A stretch of 64,000 nucleotides of DNA from Nanobdellota archaeon (GTDB lineage Archaea; Nanobdellota; Nanobdellia; Parvarchaeales; Parvarchaeaceae), in contig JAJZNV010000014.1 of the NCBI GenBank assembly GCA_021852265.1, forward strand, positions 1,566 through 65,565. The letters run 5' to 3'. Below, one piece after another: positions 42,154 to 51,552 of the stretch (position 1 is its first letter; the number at the start of each line of letters is the position of its first letter). Both the position numbers and the translations under genes were made by a program. The notes under the pieces are model-generated. The model was not told where the DNA came from, ran no database searches, and worked only from the letters and a program-made list of their open reading frames with translations.

Positions 42154-42154
42154 A

Positions 42155-42955
42155 TCAAGGTGATATCCCATAGCTTATTCCTACTTCTAAAACGCCCGTG
42201 TCCTGGTATAACGGCTGCCCTTGTGCGTTACTGAACTCTATATCGACCGGAAATGATTCAGTATACGTATCCTGAGCTGCGAGCGCAGATAAAAGAGAGT
42301 ATTGAGGAGCTATACTGTTGTGCGAATTTGAGGCCACCGCGACTATAATATTAAGTCCAAGTGAAGCAAAACTAACGGAGCTGAGCGCAACGCTAGCAGC
42401 TATGCTTGCGGCCATTGCCGCGTATTCCGCATATTTTGCTTCAGTATTAATTGAATTTTCCAGTCCTGGAAATTTTGAACCTATATTCAGTTGCGGGTAG
42501 TTCGAGAGTGTTATGGTGCCACTTGGTCCTAGATCACTCGGATTTTGCGTATCGACTAACGTTAAAGAAATTCCAGTAAAAGCGGCAAGCTGACTTGGGA
42601 GTGCTGGCAGGTTTGTTGCACCTCCAAAGTATATATATTGTATACAAGAAAGGAAATTATTTGTCACGAACTTATTAAAGTCAACGACGCCGGGCTGCGT
42701 ATCTGTAACCGAGAATATCGGACCACCTTGTATACCAGAATTATTATTATAATAATTCATGTTCGACTGGTAAGCGAAGCAATTCGGAGAAGTTATCAAT
42801 CTCGTACCGATAGCCGCTGCTACGGATTTCGCGTTCGCAAACACTGCAACACTGTTAATATTTGAAACGTTTACGGAAAGAACTATCAGCAATAGAGCAA
42901 ATGACATAACCAGGATGCCTGCATTTGTAAACGCCATTAGTTGGGTGAGTGCCAT
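42155..42955 (-). CDS. Pilin-like protein with N-terminal hydrophobic helix and internal Ala-rich hydrophobic segment
   Basis: MALTQLMAFTNAGILVMSFALLLIVL. ATG directly follows the upstream TAA. Contains RLITSPNCFAY and AAMAASIAASVALSSVSFASLGLNIIVAVA. Confidence 0.8.
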   Translation of the reverse strand: MALTQLMAFTNAGILVMSFALLLIVLSVNVSNINSVAVFANAKSVAAAIGTRLITSPNCFAYQSNMNYYNNNSGIQGGPIFSVTDTQPGVVDFNKFVTNNFLSCIQYIYFGGATNLPALPSQLAAFTGISLTLVDTQNPSDLGPSGTITLSNYPQLNIGSKFPGLENSINTEAKYAEYAAMAASIAASVALSSVSFASLGLNIIVAVASNSHNSIAPQYSLLSALAAQDTYTESFPVDIEFSNAQGQPLYQDTGVLEVGISYGISP

Positions 42956-45532
42956 TTAACCTCCAGATAACACCTTTAGTATGGGCGTGAACCCAAATAG
43001 ATTTGTATTCGAAAGCGAGTTTGATACATAGGTACCCCCAAGAGAATTATAATTATTTGGGTATATGCCGAATAGAAGGCTATCTGAAACTGAAGTTATA
43101 TTGAAATCTGAGACGCCATCCGCCGCGATGGTCTTAACGACCGTAAAAGTAACATTTGCATAATCGGTAGGATAATAAGAAAGTGCATTATTACCTGCGT
43201 CATTTAACAGTGCCGAAACAATGTAGCTTCCAAGCGCATTCTGTCCAGATACTTGTAGAGAATTCAATGCGCCCTGTAATTTACTCTGCCAGTTCTTACC
43301 TAAGAGAGATACCATAAAATTAACCGATGGCGAATCCACACCCATAGACTGCTTAACTGTGGGAGATGGACCACCTATAAAATTACTCGTGGATTGGAAA
43401 GTTGAACTTTCTTGGGGGTTTATCGTTAGTTGATTTGGATAATCGCCTGGTGGTATCGAGAAGCCTACCTGCGAGGGATCATTGAAGAGAAACGAATTTT
43501 TGTTAATGTTACTGCCCAGGTTAAATGCACGCTCACCAAATATTAGATTTTCATGTCCATTTGTAAGATTCGTAACGTTTATGCATGACATAGTAAGTCC
43601 GTACTCAGTAAGATATCCTTGACCAAGTCCGTTTCCACTGGGGGCAATCTCCGAGAAGGGGTTCCCATTTCCATCCAATAACATCCTGTTCAAACAGATT
43701 TTTGAACTGCCGGTAGAGTTTGACAATGATACGGAAAACTGCGACGGCACGAGGATGCTTACGGTAAATGTATTTTGTTTATCTGTTAGCATCTGATTAA
43801 CCATGTCTGAAATAGTTTTTGGGTATAGTGCACTTAGGCTTGAGCACATAGTGTTGTACATCCCCTGTGTCAATGAGAACGAGATATCTCCGTTGCCAGC
43901 AGGAAATACTAACGTAGCTAAATTACCATTCACATCTGGAGTAGTGGTTGCGATACTACATAGGTCGGACAGGTCTGTTATTATTGGTGCCCCACTCAAG
44001 GTTGGTATTCCATTTGACTGGCCGTTAACGTATAATTCACCACCATAACCAACAAAATAGGTACCGATATTCGTCACGACATTTAGTTTATTGTAGAAAT
44101 CTACTGGACTAGTTATTTCCCCGTATGCCTGCAGCCCTTTGCTTAAGATATTGTTTAGGCTTATTCCCTGTGGCATTGAACCTAAACACGAGGCAGTTTG
44201 TGCATACACCAAAAGGGATTTTCTTGCAAGAAAACCAACTGAGGAAAGCAGAGGGTCCCCTGCTCCATTAAACTTGACATTGCCTATAAATGAGTTATCC
44301 GCACTAAGAGAGGCTGGAGTTCCAACGCCGGCAGAAGGCGTATTATAAGCACCTACAGCGGGTTGGTTTGCAGCATATTGTCCCAGTTGACTAAAAATCT
44401 GTTGCTGGAGATTAGCGTTACCGATAACTAATTGTATGGCATTATAAGTCTGTGGATTTACAGTTTGACTACTAGCAAAATCGCCCGCAGATGAAGCGAG
44501 TGTAGTATACTGCTGTAATTGCAGGTTTATAGCCGCGTCCTGTGATGCTATTGGCGCGCCAGTATCATAGCTAGCCGCAACGGTGTTTGCCTGTACTTGC
44601 GCATTGGAAGGTATCCCACCTATTGTATTACCTGCTACAGAGAACCCGTTGGTGATAACATTATAAACCGTGCTAAAAGGATTAGTAACTACGCTAGAGC
44701 CAGGGGCGCCTGCTGATAGCCAGAAAACCAAGCCTATCTGCCCTATATTAGCACCTAATTTAGTCAGAAAATTTGCATTTCGATATGTGTCGTAAATGTC
44801 CTGTACTTTCTTTATGTTTGAATATGCCTTTCCAAGATAAGAAAGTACCAATTCAGAGTAGCTTGTGGGTGTGATTATCCCGCTAAATACATCGCTCTTC
44901 TGCTGAATAAATCTCTTTGCTTGGGCAGTTAGACTCGGATTATCTGCCCTATTAAATAAAGCATCCAAGCCTTCCATTGCTTGAGCTTCCCGCTCCGGGC
45001 CGAATTGTTCGTTAAAGGCTAATCTTGCAGACCTATAAGTACGCTTATATATTGTTGTCGCCAATGCTTCCTCCCCAAAATCATTTTCTGCACTAATTGC
45101 GGCTTCACTAAGTGAGTCAACCTCTGCAGAGGCCTCATCTGCTGCTGATGCAGCTTTCGGACCTGGCGGACCGACAGTCAACATAAAACACAGTGCTACG
45201 CTGAATGTATTCGTGCCCACATCCAGAGTAGGGCCGCTTGCGTATGATACATTGTATATTTTGGACCCTCCGCCGCAATTATATGCATCTGTAGAGGGGT
45301 CCCAAGTACAAAGTGAGTTATTCCCAGATAAGGTTATGCTCAAAGAAGAAGGCGCCATATAGAGTGCATTTTTCACTGCGGCCAGATTATTAGCAAATAA
45401 CTGCAGAGAGTTCGCACCGTTCTGAAAAAAGAGCCCTTGCATGTTTGCAAAATAAATCCCTACCAAAAGAAATGCTGCGGAGATTATGACTATCGCTATA
45501 CCTATGACTATCTGTGCATTCTTGCCTAACAT
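42956..45532 (-). CDS. Large pilin-like protein with class III signal peptide (858 aa)
   Basis: MLGKNA|QIVIGIAIVIISAAFLLVG; first gene of the coupled operon. Confidence 0.83.
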   Translation of the reverse strand: MLGKNAQIVIGIAIVIISAAFLLVGIYFANMQGLFFQNGANSLQLFANNLAAVKNALYMAPSSLSITLSGNNSLCTWDPSTDAYNCGGGSKIYNVSYASGPTLDVGTNTFSVALCFMLTVGPPGPKAASAADEASAEVDSLSEAAISAENDFGEEALATTIYKRTYRSARLAFNEQFGPEREAQAMEGLDALFNRADNPSLTAQAKRFIQQKSDVFSGIITPTSYSELVLSYLGKAYSNIKKVQDIYDTYRNANFLTKLGANIGQIGLVFWLSAGAPGSSVVTNPFSTVYNVITNGFSVAGNTIGGIPSNAQVQANTVAASYDTGAPIASQDAAINLQLQQYTTLASSAGDFASSQTVNPQTYNAIQLVIGNANLQQQIFSQLGQYAANQPAVGAYNTPSAGVGTPASLSADNSFIGNVKFNGAGDPLLSSVGFLARKSLLVYAQTASCLGSMPQGISLNNILSKGLQAYGEITSPVDFYNKLNVVTNIGTYFVGYGGELYVNGQSNGIPTLSGAPIITDLSDLCSIATTTPDVNGNLATLVFPAGNGDISFSLTQGMYNTMCSSLSALYPKTISDMVNQMLTDKQNTFTVSILVPSQFSVSLSNSTGSSKICLNRMLLDGNGNPFSEIAPSGNGLGQGYLTEYGLTMSCINVTNLTNGHENLIFGERAFNLGSNINKNSFLFNDPSQVGFSIPPGDYPNQLTINPQESSTFQSTSNFIGGPSPTVKQSMGVDSPSVNFMVSLLGKNWQSKLQGALNSLQVSGQNALGSYIVSALLNDAGNNALSYYPTDYANVTFTVVKTIAADGVSDFNITSVSDSLLFGIYPNNYNSLGGTYVSNSLSNTNLFGFTPILKVLSGG

Positions 45533-45765
45533 AACAGATAGTAAATAGATAAATCCCGGTTATTTATAGCTTAGATTCTTTGCTACTCAATTAAAGATAA
45601 AAACAATTAGAAACCCTTTTTCTATAAAGGACGCCCACCTCTAATTTTTCAGATAATTTGGGGCGAACGAGCCGGTTTTATTATAGAAAGAGACACAAAT
45701 TATTGTGGCTGCTCCAATAAACCCTCTCCTTTTTATTCAAAAAGGCACAAGAATATAAAACTAAA

Positions 45766-45837
45766 CGCCTCGAGCAGGATTCGAACCTGCAACCCTTTGG
45801 TTAACAGCCAAATGCTCTGCCGTTGAGCTATCGAGGC
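45766..45837 (-). tRNA. tRNA-Asn(GTT)
   Basis: GCCTCGA/TCGAGGC-G; TTTGG-CTGTTAA-CCAAA; GGTTCGAATCC. Confidence 0.96.
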
Positions 45838-45844
45838 TTCTAAA

Positions 45845-47080
45845 TCAATTTTTATTTATAGATTTTGATGATATAAATTCTTTTAATTTTTTGTTGATGA
45901 AGACCTCAAAATCTTTTATATTATATGGCTTATCGTAAGCTGCAAATTCACCATGTATATAGGCATTTTTATGCTCCTCTAAAAATCTTCTGAAGTTCTC
46001 TACATCCAACCATACCTCAGGACCCAATACTCTTCTGGTTTTTGCACTTGGGATGTTTGCGACTTGTAAGAAAAGATGGACTTCATCTTCCTTGTAGACA
46101 GGATTACAATCATAAATTAGTATATCATTATCCGCCAGCTCTTTCAATAGTTTAAACATGTTTTTATTGTACATCGACAGAAACTTATCTTTTGGCCCAA
46201 TTATTTTCGTCTTATACTTGAACAATTTTACGCCTCTCCTTTTAGAAAGTGTCAAAACCTCTTTTTTAGAGTCCTTATCTATAAAAAACCCAAGGGAAGG
46301 ATTTGCCGTAAAATTTTTAATGGCGAACACGAACTTCGCAAAGTTTTCTGTATTTAGCGACCCACACACATTCCTCTTAGGATTTGTTGGATCCACAAGT
46401 ATCAACGGGCTGCCACGTGCACCTATCATATCTAATGCCTTTCCCATATCAGGGTATATATTTTCTATATCAACGTAAACTCCTGGTTTCCAAGAAAGCG
46501 CTTCCGTAAATAAATTTAATATCCCACCATATCTTATCGTTAGCAATTCAAGCGAATATCCCGAAAAGCCATGAATGTATGTTTCTGATCCATAACAGCT
46601 ATTTGCCTTACAAAATTGTTTTAAAATTATTATGTCTTTTCTTAGTCCGTTATTTAATTTGTTCTTTATGTAATCCGCATGTAATATTGATAAATCAATG
46701 GAGTTTTTCACCCCCGCTATATCCTTGAATTTTACTAAAGGAATTATCTCTACGACTATCCCATTTATTTTTCCTCTATAATAGATTCTGGTTCCATGTT
46801 CCTGTGAGAAATCTTTCGGCACCAGTTCTCCTAGTTTACAAGTCGCCTTTTCAGAGTCGAATAAAACAAAGATATCAATATCACTTTCCTTTTTTATCCA
46901 GGTATTTTTAGCGTACGAACCAGCAAAACTTATCTCAATGCGGGCTTTCACAGATTTTGTTTGGTTCATAAGGAACGATTTTATTTTTTCTGCTGCAATA
47001 TCTACATTCCTTCTATCCCGTACATCTGGTACGAAAGCTTTATAGGCAGATTCGATTACACTATTAGTTTTATTAGGCAT
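45845..47080 (-). CDS. cca: CCA-adding enzyme (archaeal class I)
   Basis: GSYAKNTW...DIDIF, YGSE...GFSGYSLELL, DPTNPKRNV. Confidence 0.95.
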   Translation of the reverse strand: MPNKTNSVIESAYKAFVPDVRDRRNVDIAAEKIKSFLMNQTKSVKARIEISFAGSYAKNTWIKKESDIDIFVLFDSEKATCKLGELVPKDFSQEHGTRIYYRGKINGIVVEIIPLVKFKDIAGVKNSIDLSILHADYIKNKLNNGLRKDIIILKQFCKANSCYGSETYIHGFSGYSLELLTIRYGGILNLFTEALSWKPGVYVDIENIYPDMGKALDMIGARGSPLILVDPTNPKRNVCGSLNTENFAKFVFAIKNFTANPSLGFFIDKDSKKEVLTLSKRRGVKLFKYKTKIIGPKDKFLSMYNKNMFKLLKELADNDILIYDCNPVYKEDEVHLFLQVANIPSAKTRRVLGPEVWLDVENFRRFLEEHKNAYIHGEFAAYDKPYNIKDFEVFINKKLKEFISSKSINKN

Positions 47081-47107
47081 ATGTATGTCTAAGGCGTTAT
47101 AATATTT

Positions 47108-49807
47108 ATGGATATCCTAAGTGATAAGCTACAAAAAATATTGAGGGAAGCCGGGTTCGGTGAATTAACTGAGATACAGAAGCTTGCGATACCTAGAATA
47201 AGTGCCGGAGAGAACCTCATACTCGGTGCCCCGACAGGATATGGAAAGACTTTGGCTGCTTTCCTTCCTTTTTTGGACAAGATTGATACTGGAAGCGGTA
47301 ATCTGCAGCTTCTCTACGTCACGCCATTAAGATCGCTTAATCGTGATATATTCAAGAATATAATAACTATAAGCAATAAGATGGGTGTCGAAGTCGATAT
47401 AAGACACGGTGACACTTCTGCAACAGAACGTGCAAATCAGGCTAAAATGCCACCACACTGTTTGGTAACCACTCCTGAAACGTTACAGTCGATGTTCTTA
47501 AGCAAACGACTTGTAGAGCACCTAAAAAATGTAAAATACATTATAGTAGATGAAGTACAAAGTCTGATGGAATCAAAAAGGGCAACGCAATTCAGTGTCG
47601 CCCTTGAACGCTTGAGACGGATAACTAAATTCCAGACTGTAGGAATAAGCGCAACGATTGCAGATTTTAATGCATCAAAAGAATTTCTGGATTGCAAAGA
47701 CAGTATAGAATTTAAGGGTGAAAAAAAGTACGGCATAGAAGTAATTTATCCAAACATAAAAAGAGAAGATGAGACTGCAGCTTCAGAAGAGAGCATGAGT
47801 GAAGTCGTGGCTAATTCATTGAGGTATATACGAGATGAGCTTGAGAGCTCAAAATCCACGCTCATATTTACTAACACTAGAGAAACTGCTGAGCTCTTAG
47901 GCTCGCGGCTATCGAAGTTCTTGAAAGACAAGCATCTTGAAGTCCACCACAGCTCCCTCTCAAAAGAAGTTAGGATGGAGATAGAAAATAAGTTTAAGGT
48001 TGGAGAAGTCAATCTGATGATAGCGACCAGTTCATTGGAATTGGGAATCGACATAGGTGATGTTGACCTGGTTATCCAATATATGTCGCCTAGACAAGTA
48101 ATAAAACTGATACAGCGAGTCGGACGTTCTAACCATAATCGTAGTGGTGTTGCAGAGGGCAGAATATTGACTATAAACTTAGATGACTACTTAGAAAGCC
48201 TAGCTATAAATAATTGCCGCATTGCAAATAAACTGGAAAGCATACCTATGCCGTCGGGAAGTCTTGATATTCTGGCGCATCAGATAGTTGGCGTGGTTAT
48301 AGACGGTGTAGGAAAGCCTGATGAAATATTCAGGACGATACAAGAAGCATACGCATATAAGAACCTGACTAGGAAAAAATTTAATGAAGTTCTTGATTTC
48401 TTGATGAAACATTACCTAATAAGATATTATGGTGAATATCTAATAAGAACACGCAAAGGCCTCCTTTTCTATATATCAAATATTTCATCCATCCCGGATA
48501 GAAAAACGTTTATCGTAATTGATAGCCAACTCAACAAAAAGATAGGTGTTCTTGATGAGGGTTTTGTTGCAGAAAATGGGAAAGAAGGCAATCAATTCAT
48601 AATGCGCGGTGAAACTTGGAAGATAGTAAAGATAGAAGGGCCAAAAATAAGTGTTATTAGGAGTAACGGTTCACTTGGTGCGATACCTGCGTGGGAAGGA
48701 GAGCTTATGCCAGTTCATAGATTTGTCGCAGAGGCGGCATCAAGATTAAGAAAAGATTACATATCAAAATTCGCTATCCTTAAAGAACAAGATGCTAATT
48801 TTTATTTACCGGATCCGGAAAATCTTTTGTTGGAGAAGATAGAGGATTACGTAATAATACACTCTCCATTTGGTAACCGAATAAATGAGGGACTGTCAAA
48901 AGCTGTCTGCGCCGTAATCTCTGAGATTATAGGAGAGAGCGTTCTAAGTAAGATAGATCCGTATAGAATAATGATAAAAACGCACCTCCCACTAAAGGAA
49001 GTCAACAAATTACTTGTTTCTATCTCAAACATAGAGGAACTTATAAAGGAGAATATAAGGCGTACCTCTCTGTATGAATACAGATTTCTTAATGTCGCGA
49101 AAAGATTCGGTATAGTAAGTAAATATGCTGACTTCACTAAAACGCGGCTCCACACGTTAATAGATCTTTACAAAGGAAGCATCATTGAGGAGGAGGCCTT
49201 CAATGAGATATTTAGAGACAAAATAGACATCCCTGGCGTAATAGATATTGTAGAGAAGATAAAAAAAGGGCAGATAAAAATAAGATTAAACGAAGGGGAG
49301 CCATCACCACTTGCTTATGAAGGAATAGAAAGTTCCTATGGTGGATCCCTCGTAAAGCCTGCCGAAGCCAAGAAACTGTTAAGAGAGCTCATTATAAACA
49401 GATTAAATGAAACGCGCATGTTTTTGCAGTGTCTCAACTGCGGGAATGAAATCGGAGAAGTGGCCACAAGCAATACTGACGGATTAAAATGCGGAAAGTG
49501 TGGTGCAAAGTATCTTGGATTTTACAAAGCCAAATATCATGATGAATATGGGCTGTTGGTAAAAAAATGGCTTAAACAGAAGAAACTAACGACGGAGGAG
49601 AGTAGAATTTTGAACGGAATAAAGCTGAATGGGGGGCTGTACCTTGCATACAGTGGAAAAGCTTGCTTCGTCGGTGCTTCTTATGGTGTTGGGCCTAGAA
49701 TGGCCAGCAGGATCCTATCCACATATAGCAAAACTGAGGAGCAGCTTATTGATAAGATAATAGAAGCAGAAAAGAACTATATAGAAACGCGAGAGTATTG
49801 GGGTTAA
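47108..49807 (+). CDS. lhr: Lhr-family ATP-dependent helicase
   Basis: APTGYGKT, TTPETL, DEVQ, SAT, SSLELGIDIG, QRVGRSNH, PAWEGE; C-terminal CxxC...CxxC. Confidence 0.93.
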   Translation: MDILSDKLQKILREAGFGELTEIQKLAIPRISAGENLILGAPTGYGKTLAAFLPFLDKIDTGSGNLQLLYVTPLRSLNRDIFKNIITISNKMGVEVDIRHGDTSATERANQAKMPPHCLVTTPETLQSMFLSKRLVEHLKNVKYIIVDEVQSLMESKRATQFSVALERLRRITKFQTVGISATIADFNASKEFLDCKDSIEFKGEKKYGIEVIYPNIKREDETAASEESMSEVVANSLRYIRDELESSKSTLIFTNTRETAELLGSRLSKFLKDKHLEVHHSSLSKEVRMEIENKFKVGEVNLMIATSSLELGIDIGDVDLVIQYMSPRQVIKLIQRVGRSNHNRSGVAEGRILTINLDDYLESLAINNCRIANKLESIPMPSGSLDILAHQIVGVVIDGVGKPDEIFRTIQEAYAYKNLTRKKFNEVLDFLMKHYLIRYYGEYLIRTRKGLLFYISNISSIPDRKTFIVIDSQLNKKIGVLDEGFVAENGKEGNQFIMRGETWKIVKIEGPKISVIRSNGSLGAIPAWEGELMPVHRFVAEAASRLRKDYISKFAILKEQDANFYLPDPENLLLEKIEDYVIIHSPFGNRINEGLSKAVCAVISEIIGESVLSKIDPYRIMIKTHLPLKEVNKLLVSISNIEELIKENIRRTSLYEYRFLNVAKRFGIVSKYADFTKTRLHTLIDLYKGSIIEEEAFNEIFRDKIDIPGVIDIVEKIKKGQIKIRLNEGEPSPLAYEGIESSYGGSLVKPAEAKKLLRELIINRLNETRMFLQCLNCGNEIGEVATSNTDGLKCGKCGAKYLGFYKAKYHDEYGLLVKKWLKQKKLTTEESRILNGIKLNGGLYLAYSGKACFVGASYGVGPRMASRILSTYSKTEEQLIDKIIEAEKNYIETREYWG

Positions 49808-49910
49808 AATAACCTAAAAATCGGAAATCTGAACAAAAACTATGAGATCTTCCAATAGACCAGCGAGTTTCTACAAAGAAGACACGACTAGAAATTCTTT
49901 GTAAGGTATT

Positions 49911-51491
49911 TTATTGAATGCTTCCGAAGCTTACGGAAGGCATCACACCATTTGGAGGATACGCGCGAACCCGCGCCCATTGGATGTTTATGTAAGATGA
50001 TGGATCACAACTACCTAAACCAATAGCAGGATACACCAGTGTAGGTGCGGCGAGGGCAGTTTCGGAAAAGCTCGCAGCTGTGTAGTTTGTATATAATACC
50101 TCGGAATTTCCGCTTATCCACGCTATACCTGCAATCCCATGACGTAATACTGTACCTGCAGTATACCCTCCATAACCTGTAGCTATACTGCCCTTTACGA
50201 AATCATAAGACCAACCAGCTGATGGATAACTGCCCCAAGAGTACATGTATTGCGCGCTAGAAATACTGTTACCATTTGATTCTGCTACTCCTGAAGGACC
50301 CACACTACCATTAGCTGATATAATATCTGTATCAAATATCACAGGTGGAGTAAAACCTATAACTGAAACTAATCCGACATCAGATGAAGTGGAATTCACA
50401 TTTAAAGATAATTTATTGTTAACAGCTACCCTATTAGATATAGCGTAAGGAACAGCGCCGTTATCACACATATAATTAATACCGCCTGCACCATAATTCC
50501 ATGAACTATTTAATGAGCTAATAGAATTGCTGTTAAAATTCCAGTAATCTACGAAAATTTCGGCACCATCATCATACTGTCCATATGCTACTGATAACTG
50601 AGGGGCTTCTCCGATGTTGTTGGTGTTGAAGAGATTCGAAGTTGTCGGGGCGAAGCCCATGTAGATGGTCTGCTTGCTGCTAGACCCCAGTCCTCCGTTC
50701 AGCTTAAGCCAGAAGATGGAGAATGTAGAACTCTTTGAGCCATTGGATTCGAGCCATGAGGGGATTACTTGCCCATTTGGATAATAGAATATCACATTCT
50801 GGAGATTAGGTGCCCCATAAGATGTGAAATTAGCCGCTGAAAGGTTGATCATCTGCTGGAATGGTGCTGGAGTGGCTGAAGATTGAGAATTAGTTATATT
50901 TAGCTGTTCTTTATGTGATAATCCTAATACAACCATGTTCTGGACCGAGAAAGATATAGAATTTGAGGGCGTTCCCTGCACGGTACCGCTGGAGAAATAT
51001 GGTCCCTGGAATGTCTGCCCCGGTTCTGTGTAAGTGACTGATACCTTTAATGAGTAGCTGCTACCCGAAGAACAAAGTGATGTCGAAGAGAGGAATATTG
51101 TATTTTCCTGATTTGGTGTCAATAAGATATTTGTATTTAATGTGTTTGAATAACCTGAGTCCGAAGATATGTTTATCTTTGTTATATTCATTTGGGCTCC
51201 TGCTGAATTTCCTAACGTTATTAGTAAACCTTGGTTTCCTGAACATGCAGCTTGCACACTACCAAGACTGCTGAAGCCAGTTACTGTAGTTCCAGCAGAA
51301 TTTGTTGGAGAGAAGATTCCCAGAGAGTATAATCCTGCTGCCACTATGACTATGATCAATATGGCCCAGCCATACGTCATCATGTACTCAAGGGCAGATT
51401 GAGAATGCTTCGAAGAAAATGTCGTCAGTTTAGTTGTGCGTGTAGATATATAGGAAGATTTATCCGCATTGCTTTTCTTAGATGTAAACAT
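49911..51491 (-). CDS. Class III signal peptide (pilin-like) protein with DUF2341-like domain
   Basis: KHS|QSALEYMMTYGWAILIIVIV; ATPAPFQQMI, IPSWLES, FWLKL, GEAPQLS..YGQYDDG, QWARVRAYPPNGVMP. Confidence 0.87.
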   Translation of the reverse strand: MFTSKKSNADKSSYISTRTTKLTTFSSKHSQSALEYMMTYGWAILIIVIVAAGLYSLGIFSPTNSAGTTVTGFSSLGSVQAACSGNQGLLITLGNSAGAQMNITKINISSDSGYSNTLNTNILLTPNQENTIFLSSTSLCSSGSSYSLKVSVTYTEPGQTFQGPYFSSGTVQGTPSNSISFSVQNMVVLGLSHKEQLNITNSQSSATPAPFQQMINLSAANFTSYGAPNLQNVIFYYPNGQVIPSWLESNGSKSSTFSIFWLKLNGGLGSSSKQTIYMGFAPTTSNLFNTNNIGEAPQLSVAYGQYDDGAEIFVDYWNFNSNSISSLNSSWNYGAGGINYMCDNGAVPYAISNRVAVNNKLSLNVNSTSSDVGLVSVIGFTPPVIFDTDIISANGSVGPSGVAESNGNSISSAQYMYSWGSYPSAGWSYDFVKGSIATGYGGYTAGTVLRHGIAGIAWISGNSEVLYTNYTAASFSETALAAPTLVYPAIGLGSCDPSSYINIQWARVRAYPPNGVMPSVSFGSIQ

Positions 51492-51552
51492 AATAAGTTT
51501 ATGTAAATTTTTGGATTTAAATGTTAAGCGTATAGTAAAGTGAAATTATAAA

